Assembly: GCA_046861395.1 (NCBI GenBank)
Contig: JBHHUC010000024.1
Location: 1-32,242 of the forward strand
DNA: 32,242 nucleotides
From: Fidelibacterota bacterium
Lineage (GTDB): Bacteria > Fidelibacterota > Marinisomatia > Marinisomatales > JABMOV01
Reading direction: 5' to 3'
Part shown: positions 19,185-28,364 of the stretch, in pieces
Numbering within the stretch: position 1 is the first letter of the stretch
Layout: each line of letters starts with the position of its first letter
Made by a program: the position numbers and the translations under genes
Notes under the pieces: model-generated
Told to the model about the DNA's origin: nothing
Databases searched by the model: none
The model's input: the letters and a program-made list of their open reading frames with translations, nothing else

Positions 19185-19258
19185 TGGTTCAAAAAATATA
19201 CATATTAACCATTCCTCCTTTCCGTTCTCCGCATTTCGCCGGGGGATGGTATGTCTGA
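19184..19258 (+). CDS. Putative 24-aa leader peptide (uORF) MVQKIYILTIPPFRSPHFAGGWYV
   Basis: The ATG sits at the base of the P13 hairpin, preceded by AAAGG. The TGA at 19256-19258 lies just inside btuB (ATG 19251). Translation is unproven. Confidence 0.3.
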   Translation: MVQKIYILTIPPFRSPHFAGGWYV

Positions 19259-21251
19259 ATTCCGCCCCCTTCTCCCCTTCCTTTTTTTCGCCATCCTTTC
19301 TGCAGACATGTGGCAGGGCTATGTGTACTCCGATCAGGGTCAGCCACTGGAATACGCCTACATCATTCACGTGTCCAGCCAGGACTTCACCGTAACGGAT
19401 GGTGATGGTTTCTTCATCTTGCGCGGTCAATTTCTTCCCGGTGACTCCATTCGAATCCAGCGCTACGGTTATCAGAAACGTTATATTCTCCTTCCCGCAA
19501 AACGATATTTCTCCGTTACACTCCCGGCTCATCCCATTCCCCTGGCGGGAGTAGAAGCGGAAGCGAAATATGAGCAGGAGATGCAATCATCAGATTATGT
19601 CGCCGTGCTGAATCCGTTGACCCGGTCGTTTTCCCAACGACAGATTTTTGCAACCCTGCCGGGAGTGTCCATTCGCACTTACGGCGGTCCGGGCAGCATG
19701 GCCCTGATGAGTATTGACGGTGGTGTGGCACCTCACACCAAGGTCCGGTTCAATGGATTGGATATGAATAGTGCACAGACCGGTATCACCGATTTGTCTC
19801 AGTTCCCCGTGACTTTTTTCCGGTCCGTTCATCTCAATCCCGACGGCTTCCGGGATGGGACGGTATCCATTTATGTCTGGGATAAGAATACGATCCAATT
19901 GACCGGTGGTAGTTACGGGCGAAGAACTTTCTCATTAACCCATTCCCTGCCGTTTCGCCATCTTATTTTCAGATTGGGAATCCATCATACGGGAGACTCC
20001 GGCGATTTTCCCGTTCGCTGGCGCGACCATTCCCAAACCCGCACCAACAATGATTTCACCCAGTCAGCCTTGATGTCACAAATGGATTTTTTCCTGTCAC
20101 GGCAATGGAATTCCCGTTTATTTTATTTTCGTTCCCTGCAACAACGGGGGAATCCGGGGCAGGTGTGGTCTCCGTCGGACGCCCGGCGCAGTGATGCCGT
20201 AACACTGGCATCGTTCTCCCTGGTGCGTTTTCTTCCGTCGGTCACAAATAAGACCATTCTTTCCTGGAAAGCATCATCCGATCATTACACCGATCCAGCC
20301 TATGCCCTGGTCGCCGATCACCGGCTGGAAACATTCACAATCACCGGAAAACGCCTGTCTTCCGCCCGGCCCCGCTGGGAAACGGAAACCAGAGTGGACG
20401 TCGTCCTGGACAAGTTACAATCCACTGGCGCCGGCAATCGGACAGTGAAGAGCGGAACGCTGGAGCAGCGAGCAACCTATCTGGGCACTTCCCCGGTCCG
20501 GCTGGAGTCGGTATTACGGATAGAATATTCCGATTTTCTGCCCACGACGACAGCCTTACGGTTACGACTGACACAGCCCTTAACAGACCGTACTGCCACG
20601 GGAATCCATCTCTCCCGCTCAACCCGGAATCCGTCCCTGAATGAATTATTCTGGACCCCGGGCGGAAACCCTGACCTGGAGCCGGAAACATTGTATAAAG
20701 CACTGGCCTTTTTTGATATAAAATATGGCCCTAACCAACAATTCAGGGGAGAAATATATTTCAAACGCAGTGTCAACCTGATTCAATGGACTCCGGTTAC
20801 CACTTTCTGGACCCCCATCAACATCCGGCGCACAGAGCGTCTGGGAATCAAGGGCCGTTATACCTGGCAATATAATGATATGACGGGAACTCTGGTGGCA
20901 TCCTTCAATCGATCCCGGAATCTTTCCGGCAGCGATGAACAGGGTAAACGTTTGCTCTATGCTCCGGCCTTTATTCTCCATCATTCCCTAACCTGGCATG
21001 TTGCCCGGCTGAATATCCAGTGGAAAACCGATTATCGCAGCAGAATGATATCGCGGTACGACTGGCCGCATGATATTTGGATTAATCCCATGACAATCCA
21101 CTCCCTGATCATGGAGACAGGGGCATTACCCTGGTCTGAGGCCTGGCGCTTGAGCCTTCGCATCAACAATGTAATGAACCAATCCTATGAATACAGCAAA
21201 GGCTATCCCGAAATGGGACGAAGTATCTATTTAACCCTAACCCGATCATAA
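19251..21251 (+). CDS. btuB: TonB-dependent cobalamin receptor (BtuB-like) with N-terminal carboxypeptidase-regulatory-like domain
   Basis: Signal peptide; NTE domain (GYVYSDQGQPLEYA...TDGDGFF); plug (LPGVSIRTYGGPGS...NSAQTGITDLS); barrel motifs PSLNELFWTPGGNPDLEPE and YPEMGRS; lies under a B12 riboswitch. Confidence 0.85.
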   Translation: MSEFRPLLPFLFFAILSADMWQGYVYSDQGQPLEYAYIIHVSSQDFTVTDGDGFFILRGQFLPGDSIRIQRYGYQKRYILLPAKRYFSVTLPAHPIPLAGVEAEAKYEQEMQSSDYVAVLNPLTRSFSQRQIFATLPGVSIRTYGGPGSMALMSIDGGVAPHTKVRFNGLDMNSAQTGITDLSQFPVTFFRSVHLNPDGFRDGTVSIYVWDKNTIQLTGGSYGRRTFSLTHSLPFRHLIFRLGIHHTGDSGDFPVRWRDHSQTRTNNDFTQSALMSQMDFFLSRQWNSRLFYFRSLQQRGNPGQVWSPSDARRSDAVTLASFSLVRFLPSVTNKTILSWKASSDHYTDPAYALVADHRLETFTITGKRLSSARPRWETETRVDVVLDKLQSTGAGNRTVKSGTLEQRATYLGTSPVRLESVLRIEYSDFLPTTTALRLRLTQPLTDRTATGIHLSRSTRNPSLNELFWTPGGNPDLEPETLYKALAFFDIKYGPNQQFRGEIYFKRSVNLIQWTPVTTFWTPINIRRTERLGIKGRYTWQYNDMTGTLVASFNRSRNLSGSDEQGKRLLYAPAFILHHSLTWHVARLNIQWKTDYRSRMISRYDWPHDIWINPMTIHSLIMETGALPWSEAWRLSLRINNVMNQSYEYSKGYPEMGRSIYLTLTRS

Positions 21252-21260
21252 AGGAATCTC

Positions 21261-22286
21261 ATGAAATACCTGCTTACATTATTCGTCTTAATCCTGGCAT
21301 CCTGTCAATCACCCAACGATAATTCCGTCACTACCAGCGATACGTTTTTTATCCTGTGTGAAGGGAATTTCGGCTCATCCAATGCCACCCTCTGGACATT
21401 GGATGAAGATTTCACGCAAACCACCGGACCGGTTCACTGGGACCCCAATGCAAACCCGCTAGGAGATGTAGCCCAATCTCTCACCGTGGCCGGTGATAAT
21501 CTATATATCGTCGTCAATAATTCCCATACCATTGAAGTCATGGACCTTTCCGCCGACGGTCCAACCTATAACCGGACCATCGATATTCCCGGTGCCTCGC
21601 CCCGCTATCTGGAAGTCTATGCTGAAAAGGCCTACGTATCCTGCTGGGGGCTGAAGGGGATTCTGGTGATCGACCTGACAACGGATGATTTCCTGGATAC
21701 CATCGCCGTCAACGGAATGCCGGAAGACCTGGAAATCCAGGATCAATCCCTCTATGCCGGCTTAGTCATGGATCCTTTCTGGGGCAGTGAGGACAAAATT
21801 CTTAAAATTGATTTGACTTCCCAACCGGTCATCATCGATTCATTTACCGTTGTTCCCGGACCGGAGCGATTACTGCTCCAGGGAAATACACTGTATGTTG
21901 CCAGCACCTATTATGATGCCAACTGGGCTGCTCATCGCGGGATGTCTGCAATTGATCTGACCAACGGCAATGTTGTCATTGTCGATCGTGGGACGAGTGA
22001 CGGTTCCTTGTCGGACATGGTTCTTTTCCAGGATGAGGTCTACCAGCTCTATGACGGTGGAGCCGTACCCTTGACGGCGTCCCTGCAGCCGGACACGACC
22101 CGCAAGATCGGGGATTTCCCCCAGGCCTATTCCCTTGGTGTCCTCAATCAATACCTGATTTTCGGTACGACGGACTATGTCGCTCCCGATGAAGTAATCA
22201 TTGTGAACAAAGCAAATGAAATCATTGCCGAACTTCCCGTAGGTGCCCTTCCGGGAGATTTTGCGGCTTACGCCAATAGGAATTAA
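21261..22286 (+). CDS. btuG: BtuG-like beta-propeller lipoprotein (YncE/DUF5074-like), probable B12-binding
   Basis: Lipobox LASC (Cys15). Motifs EGNFGSSNATL, LGDVAQS, IVVNNSH and SPRY resemble Bacteroides BtuG. SD AAGGA upstream; follows btuB. Confidence 0.8.
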   Translation: MKYLLTLFVLILASCQSPNDNSVTTSDTFFILCEGNFGSSNATLWTLDEDFTQTTGPVHWDPNANPLGDVAQSLTVAGDNLYIVVNNSHTIEVMDLSADGPTYNRTIDIPGASPRYLEVYAEKAYVSCWGLKGILVIDLTTDDFLDTIAVNGMPEDLEIQDQSLYAGLVMDPFWGSEDKILKIDLTSQPVIIDSFTVVPGPERLLLQGNTLYVASTYYDANWAAHRGMSAIDLTNGNVVIVDRGTSDGSLSDMVLFQDEVYQLYDGGAVPLTASLQPDTTRKIGDFPQAYSLGVLNQYLIFGTTDYVAPDEVIIVNKANEIIAELPVGALPGDFAAYANRN

Positions 22287-23914
22287 TCGATAAAATTCCA
22301 GATTACTTCGAACCGGATAAGCTGACCGGCGGGATCCAGCAGAGGATTGGTCCGCATGAAGACCACATCTCTGGCCAGGGTATCGGCTTCTGATTTCCAG
22401 ATATCCCGTGTGGCAAAGGCGGCATGATTCACGGACCAGATCAATGTAAAGGTGGATACCTGGGCTATAAATCGGAAATGAATGAACCAAGGATTCACCG
22501 GACCAACGCCGGGCCGATAGCGTTCAAAAGGAATACCGATAAAGGGATCAATCTGTACCCGGTCATTGCGTCCCCATATTTGATCGAACTGCGATTCCGC
22601 TGTCAGGGATAAGTTTTTACCAAACAAGTCCCAGCGATAGCGCAGACGAATCTGGAACCAGTCCTGGTATCCCAGACTTAACCGGGAAATATCCCGGGAG
22701 TGAGACCAGTGCATCGTCACGGCATAACGAGACCAGGTCATATCGGCATTCGCGCCAAAGAATATATCGCTGATGGTCTCTTCCCGGCGCAGTGTGTCAA
22801 TCAAATGGGTCCCGTCCACATATCCTGCGATTGTAATCGTTTTTAGAAAGGCATCCCACTGGACATGGGACAGGTCTTGATTCAATTGAACGGACAATGA
22901 ACCGGTTTGTTCTCCGGTGGTAATTCCTGTTAGATCCTGGAGTACGGGATTGACCGGTTGCCAGGACGACCGGGCGTTCATGGCCAGGGTAAACGACCGC
23001 CACGGAAGTTGAATATCGGCCGATCCGAGAGGAAATAATTGCTGATCATTAATGACACTACCCAGTTCCATATTTATCCCTTCTGTCTGATAGTGAATAA
23101 AAACCGAATGCCAGATCTGGGCGGTTATTTTTTTATTCCTGGCCGTTATCAAACGTTTCTGAGTGTCCATATTCAATGAGAATACAGGCCGAAGCGATAG
23201 CTGCCACCCGGTTTTTGCCCAGGAAGAGTAATGTGTGCCGGACACGGGCAGGAATAAGGACGGATGCGACCATTTCCGTACATTAAAATAGAGATAACCC
23301 GCCAATGGAAAGCGCGGTCCGTCATGGAAAAAATTTAATCCGCCGACGGTGATATCTTCCCGATAAGAATGCTGTGCCCCCAGCGTATCCACCACGCCGG
23401 CATCCGTAATATACTTTCCGATACTCACACTGGTCCTACGGTGTCCGGATTGGGACTGGTAATCGAAACGATAGGATTGTTGCAGCGGTCTGATTTTGTT
23501 GTCCGGTGGCAGGAATTGAGCATATTGCCCTAAATAAGTTCGTTTGAATCCATGGATCTTCAGGTAGCGTTTCTCCCCTGGAAAGCCGGCCGTTAATTCC
23601 AGCGTATTGTACTCATAATCCCCACGGGAATAATCCAGTTGGGAAACCGTGGCCAGGGAATCAGCCGGGAAAGCAAATTCCGGCAGTGGGTTTATTGTGC
23701 CGGAATCCTCATGGTACCGTTGACCGTACCGTGCGGGATAAACACCGTAAACAGGATCAATGATCAGAACACCGGATTGCCAGCCGGAACGCCAGAGATG
23801 CTGGCCTTGGGAAGTCATCATTCCCAATTGTCCACTCCAGTCCAGAGGATAAAACAGGATTTCCGCCCCGAAAAGTGAGGACCATAATCCCAACAGGATG
23901 AGAAGTCTAGACAT
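22283..23914 (-). CDS. Putative outer-membrane beta-barrel protein (putative porin-like)
   Basis: Signal peptide, alternating aromatic/polar beta-strand pattern, C-terminal IRFEVIWNFID resembling FCB putative-porin C-termini. Confidence 0.55.
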   Translation of the reverse strand: MSRLLILLGLWSSLFGAEILFYPLDWSGQLGMMTSQGQHLWRSGWQSGVLIIDPVYGVYPARYGQRYHEDSGTINPLPEFAFPADSLATVSQLDYSRGDYEYNTLELTAGFPGEKRYLKIHGFKRTYLGQYAQFLPPDNKIRPLQQSYRFDYQSQSGHRRTSVSIGKYITDAGVVDTLGAQHSYREDITVGGLNFFHDGPRFPLAGYLYFNVRKWSHPSLFLPVSGTHYSSWAKTGWQLSLRPVFSLNMDTQKRLITARNKKITAQIWHSVFIHYQTEGINMELGSVINDQQLFPLGSADIQLPWRSFTLAMNARSSWQPVNPVLQDLTGITTGEQTGSLSVQLNQDLSHVQWDAFLKTITIAGYVDGTHLIDTLRREETISDIFFGANADMTWSRYAVTMHWSHSRDISRLSLGYQDWFQIRLRYRWDLFGKNLSLTAESQFDQIWGRNDRVQIDPFIGIPFERYRPGVGPVNPWFIHFRFIAQVSTFTLIWSVNHAAFATRDIWKSEADTLARDVVFMRTNPLLDPAGQLIRFEVIWNFID

Positions 23915-24461
23915 AGCGATGTACCAACGGTGGAATTACCAAAGGAACAGCGAGTGAAAAAACAAAAAAGTTTGACAAAATATGGATAAATACCAAAGCC
24001 ATGCCAGTAAGATAAACGCCCGTCGTACTCTGCCAGTCCATCCCCACTGACACAGGGTAGCTCAAGGTTGTCAGCGTATCATAAACAAATGTAAGCAGAA
24101 CACCGAAAACGCCGGCCTGAAGGCGGCGGGAGGGAGAGAATCCCGTGTGCCAGAATAACCTGCGAGTTAATCCTCCAGTGATGCCAATAATGGCAAATCC
24201 CGTAATTTGTGCCACCAGCAGGGGTGGAAATAGCAAGCCGGATCCCAGAGGATTCATTACCGAGAATACGGTCTCCGAAACGACGCCCACGATGAACCCC
24301 CAGCGAACTCCCAGCGTTACACCGGACAGAAAAACAATAACGGAAATCACCTCAATATTGGGAATAAAAACCAGACCAAACCCGCCACCAATCGCCACGG
24401 CGGAAAAGAGGGCGGCCTGAACCAGGGGAACCAGGGAGCGTGTTGCGGTTTCTGCCATCAT
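23907..24461 (-). CDS. ECF transporter S-component (CbrT-like)
   Basis: 184 aa with about six TMs; AxxxA in TM1 (AALFSA), IPNIE loop, G-x-x-x-G in TM2/3, and HILSN in the last helix. Confidence 0.75.
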   Translation of the reverse strand: MMAETATRSLVPLVQAALFSAVAIGGGFGLVFIPNIEVISVIVFLSGVTLGVRWGFIVGVVSETVFSVMNPLGSGLLFPPLLVAQITGFAIIGITGGLTRRLFWHTGFSPSRRLQAGVFGVLLTFVYDTLTTLSYPVSVGMDWQSTTGVYLTGMALVFIHILSNFFVFSLAVPLVIPPLVHRYV

Positions 24462-25411
24462 TATTTCTTGAATAAATTAGAACGGAAATAATTACGCCGA
24501 TCCGTCCAATCTCCCGTTTCCTTGTCTTCGGCCAGAGCTTTATTAAACAAGTTCATTTTTGCATCCATATTATCGAGGTAATGCAGTAATAATGCTTCTT
24601 TCAGTTTCGGTGTGACCGGACTTTGCCATTCGTAGCGTCCCTGATGAGCCAGGATGAGATGCTCCAGTTGACGCAACAATTCCTTGGGAAAATCTTTTAT
24701 TCCGGCGGCTGTTTCCAAGATTATGTCACGGCCCAATACGATATGACCTATAAAATGACCTTCGTCAGTGTATTCCAAATCAAAGCCGGGCTGGATTTCA
24801 CGTAGTTTGCCAATATCATGGAGGAAGATACCAGCCATGAACAAGTCCGTATCGACCTGATAATGCTGGGCCAGGGTTTGTCCTAGGCGGACCATGGATA
24901 CTGTATGTTCCAGGAAACCAGAACGATAATTATGGTGCATGGTCAGGGATCCGGGATGAACCAGAATCCGGTCCTTATTTTGCCGGTACAGTTTGGAAAC
25001 CAGAGTCCGTAGATACTGATTCTTGATTTTTTTAATATGAGCAACAGCGGTACGCCACAGATCCCCAGGATCATAGGGCGAGGCAGGAACGATCAGAGCA
25101 GGATCATAACCGTAACGGCCGTAGTACTGAACAGATGCGCGATTTATTTTCTGAATGATCAGTTGTAGATGATTCTGGTACGATTCGACACGACCGGATA
25201 CGGCCACCGGATCGCCCTGGTCGAATTTGGAATCGAAATGATCCACTTTTTCCCATATTTTTGCCGGGACCTGCCCCGTCATGTCTCGCAGCAAACAGTC
25301 AATATAGAGTTCATGCGTCCGTGATTCCCTGATACGCTTTTCAACACAGAGGAAAAAGCCCTGAATCTTTGCGCCATCCGAAAACCGATCGATGGTTGTG
25401 AGTTTCTTCAT
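24461..25411 (-). CDS. yhaM: YhaM-family 3'-5' exoribonuclease (OB-fold + HD domain)
   Basis: N-terminal OB fold (LRDMTGQVPAKIWE), HHNYRSGFLEH, LHDIGK, ILAHQG, EALLLHYLDNMDAK. Confidence 0.85.
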   Translation of the reverse strand: MKKLTTIDRFSDGAKIQGFFLCVEKRIRESRTHELYIDCLLRDMTGQVPAKIWEKVDHFDSKFDQGDPVAVSGRVESYQNHLQLIIQKINRASVQYYGRYGYDPALIVPASPYDPGDLWRTAVAHIKKIKNQYLRTLVSKLYRQNKDRILVHPGSLTMHHNYRSGFLEHTVSMVRLGQTLAQHYQVDTDLFMAGIFLHDIGKLREIQPGFDLEYTDEGHFIGHIVLGRDIILETAAGIKDFPKELLRQLEHLILAHQGRYEWQSPVTPKLKEALLLHYLDNMDAKMNLFNKALAEDKETGDWTDRRNYFRSNLFKK

Positions 25412-25459
25412 GGTGTACTCAGGTTTAGAAAAGAATTATGGTGGATATTCATGGCCGGT

Positions 25460-25488
25460 AAATTAATTTTCCGATACAATAATTACAA
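25460..25488 (-). promoter_or_regulatory. Putative promoter of the yhaM operon (TTGTAA-N17-TAATTT)
   Basis: Read on the minus strand. The -10 lies inside the near-palindrome GGTAAATTAATTTTCC. Confidence 0.5.
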
Positions 25489-25997
25489 TGAATCATAATT
25501 CAAACCCCAAAAAGATGGAATCATGGTCAGTTGTTTCCATGTCCTATCATCGGCCGGAAGATCAACGTATCCTGAATGCCGTTCTGAGAACCTGGTTTCG
25601 CTCTCCCAAAGATCTCAATTTAACTGATCCCAGGATGCCCTACCCCTTTTCCATGACAAAATGGATTAAACTCTCCTACCTCTACCCCGGAGCAACGACG
25701 CTGGTTTGTAAAGACAGTGACTGGATTGTGGGACATGCCAGTTATAAACCCCGACGTCCCGGACATTTTTCCCTGTTTCACTTCATCATAGATCCTCGAC
25801 ACCGGGGACAGGGAATCGGGGGTTGGTTTCTGGATCGGATTCTGGAACAATTAAGACAAAATCAAGCCTTTTCCGTGGCGTTAAGAGTCTCTCCCAAAAA
25901 CCCAGTGGCCATTCGGCTCTATGAGAGTCGTGGCTTCTGCGTTATCGGTTCAACACCTCAGGTCTTGACCATGGAATCCACATTTTCCGACAAATAA
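25488..25997 (+). CDS. GNAT-family N-acetyltransferase
   Basis: Acetyl-CoA motif IDPRHRGQGIG and NPVAIRLYESRGF. The start codon is uncertain. Confidence 0.85.
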   Translation: MNHNSNPKKMESWSVVSMSYHRPEDQRILNAVLRTWFRSPKDLNLTDPRMPYPFSMTKWIKLSYLYPGATTLVCKDSDWIVGHASYKPRRPGHFSLFHFIIDPRHRGQGIGGWFLDRILEQLRQNQAFSVALRVSPKNPVAIRLYESRGFCVIGSTPQVLTMESTFSDK

Positions 25998-25999
25998 TA

Positions 26000-28129
26000 T
26001 CAGGCGAATCCCAGCCAGGAGCCACCCTGGTAAACCAGCAATGCCATGAAGTAGGCCAATGATGTCATGTAGATCAGCATGAAAATCGGCCATTTCCAGG
26101 AATTGGTTTCCCGTTTCACCAATGCAAAGGTGGCCATACATTGAGCGGCATAGACATAAAACACCATTAAAGCAAGCGCCATGAGGGGACTGTACATTAA
26201 CTTTCCCGTCCGGGGATCACGGTCATTGCGAATTGCATCTTTCAGGTGTACAATACCGGCTTCACTATCATTGACGTTATACAGAGTCGCCAACGTACTG
26301 ACCAGGACTTCCCGGGCGGCAAAGGACGTAACCAGACCAACGCCAATTTTCCAGTCAAAACCCAAGGGCCGGATAATCGGTTCGATGGTCTGTCCGATCC
26401 GTCCGGCATAACTGGCTTCAATCCCCTGATCCCGACTTTCGGTCGGAAAGGAAGCCAGAAACCAGAGTGCAACTGAAATGGCCATGATAATCTTTCCCGC
26501 ATCCCGGATAAATAACTGTCCCCGCAACCAGACCTGCCGGAAGACCGATCGCATTAGTGGGATACGGTAGGGTGGTAATTCCATAATGAAGGATGATGAC
26601 TCTTCCAAGTGCAGGAAGCGACTGAACACCAGGGCCAGGATCAAGGCGGTGGCCGTCCCAAGAAAATACATGAGGATCATGGTAAATCCCTGTAAATCAA
26701 GAAAACCTAGAATGGTGACCGGAGGAATTAGCGCTCCGATCATCAAAGCATAGATGGGCAATCGGGCACTGCAACTCATCAGGGGGACTAGGAGAACGGT
26801 GAGTAATCGTTCCTTGCGACTTTCAATGGTCCGGGCAGCCATGATGCCCGGTATGGCGCAGGCATAACCGCTGATCAATGGTAAGACCGATTTCCCGTGG
26901 AGGCCCAGACGGGACATGAACCGATCCAGCATGAAGGCGATGCGTGACATATAACCCGAATCCTCCAGCATGGTCAGAGCAAACACCAGAATCAGGATTT
27001 GCGGCAGGAAAATGAGAATCGACCCAACGCCGGCAATAATGCCATCTACCATGAGACTTCGGAATATACCATCCGGCAAAATCGAATAAATCATGCGACT
27101 GAAATGAGTAATACCCGCGTCAATGATGTCCATGGGGATGGAAGCCCAGGTGAATATGGCCTGGAATATTCCGGCCAGCAGTAAAATGAAAACCAGCGGA
27201 CCCCAGCGGGGATGGGTGAGGACTTTATCCATTTTTTCGCTGCGTGATTTACGGTGCAGAAGATCGCGTTCGCGCTTGGTGGACCGGTTCAGTAGCTGAT
27301 CGATCCAGGTATATCGCACCGTTGCTTCCATCGTCCTGTGGGAAAAATCGGTCTGTTCAAAATTCCGAATCGTTGCTTCCCGTAACCGATCCAGTTCCGA
27401 ACCTACTTCCCTGTCACGGCCGTAAAATTCCTTAAAAAATTGAGATACTTCGGAGCGTGTAATAATCCTGAGACTTTGCCCTACCGACAATCGCATCGAA
27501 TAATCCATGGTCAAGTGAAAAAAGGTGATTAACGGTTGCAGAACGGCCATAACCTGGGGCGGAACCGCATAAGGAATGGCATCCACCGGCGGGTAAACCG
27601 GTTGATCCAGCGCCCGTTCAATGGCAGACAGCAAGGAATCCATTCCCGGCTTCTGAACCGCAGAAAAGAAGACAACATCGGTGACGGACAACCGGCGTAT
27701 TAACTCAGACCGGGAAGGAAGAATCATTTCTTCCGAGACCCGATCCATCATGTTAAAGACCGCCAGCACCGGAATGCCAAGATCCAGAAGTTGGGATGTT
27801 AAATAAAGGTTTCGACTGAGATTGGTGGCATCAATGACGGAAATGATGAGGGTTGGGGGATCGTCTCCATTCACCCAGGAAAATACCTGTTCACTGACGA
27901 TTTGTTCATCATAGGATTCGGGGGTCAGGCTGTAGGTTCCCGGCATGTCCAGAATACGAATCGTTTTTTCCTGATTCAAGCGGCAATACCCCATTTTTCG
28001 TTCCACCGTGACACCGGGATAATTGGATACTTTCTGATTCAGACCGGTTAAGAGATTGAAGATGGCCGTCTTGCCGCAATTCGGATTGCCGACCAGAGCG
28101 ACCCAGGGTGATGTATCTTTTTTATTCAT
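26000..28129 (-). CDS. feoB: Ferrous iron transport protein B
   Basis: G-domain motifs GNPNCGKT, NYPGVTVE, DMPG and NMMD; LEDSGYMSR, MELPPYRIP, FAAREV. Likely start is the ATG at 28129, overlapping the feoA stop. Confidence 0.96.
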   Translation of the reverse strand: MNKKDTSPWVALVGNPNCGKTAIFNLLTGLNQKVSNYPGVTVERKMGYCRLNQEKTIRILDMPGTYSLTPESYDEQIVSEQVFSWVNGDDPPTLIISVIDATNLSRNLYLTSQLLDLGIPVLAVFNMMDRVSEEMILPSRSELIRRLSVTDVVFFSAVQKPGMDSLLSAIERALDQPVYPPVDAIPYAVPPQVMAVLQPLITFFHLTMDYSMRLSVGQSLRIITRSEVSQFFKEFYGRDREVGSELDRLREATIRNFEQTDFSHRTMEATVRYTWIDQLLNRSTKRERDLLHRKSRSEKMDKVLTHPRWGPLVFILLLAGIFQAIFTWASIPMDIIDAGITHFSRMIYSILPDGIFRSLMVDGIIAGVGSILIFLPQILILVFALTMLEDSGYMSRIAFMLDRFMSRLGLHGKSVLPLISGYACAIPGIMAARTIESRKERLLTVLLVPLMSCSARLPIYALMIGALIPPVTILGFLDLQGFTMILMYFLGTATALILALVFSRFLHLEESSSFIMELPPYRIPLMRSVFRQVWLRGQLFIRDAGKIIMAISVALWFLASFPTESRDQGIEASYAGRIGQTIEPIIRPLGFDWKIGVGLVTSFAAREVLVSTLATLYNVNDSEAGIVHLKDAIRNDRDPRTGKLMYSPLMALALMVFYVYAAQCMATFALVKRETNSWKWPIFMLIYMTSLAYFMALLVYQGGSWLGFA

Positions 28130-28364
28130 GTACAGCCGCGACCAGGATCTGGGACGCATCCTCATGCCGGATGGATACATAATAGTCCCGTACCTTGATT
28201 TCGACCGGTCCCTGGAATGGAGCGGTTTTAATCACCCGCAGATTTATTCCCGGAATAATGCCCATTTCAACCAGACGTGAAATAAGTCGTGACTGATCGC
28301 TGAAGCCCCGTACGGTGACCAGACTGCCGGTGGGAACATGAGTCAGTGATTGCGTCGACGACAT
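28122..28364 (-). CDS. feoA: Ferrous iron transport protein A
   Basis: RLVEMGIIPG...APFQGPVEIKVRDY FeoA SH3-like motif. Confidence 0.93.
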   Translation of the reverse strand: MSSTQSLTHVPTGSLVTVRGFSDQSRLISRLVEMGIIPGINLRVIKTAPFQGPVEIKVRDYYVSIRHEDASQILVAAVHE

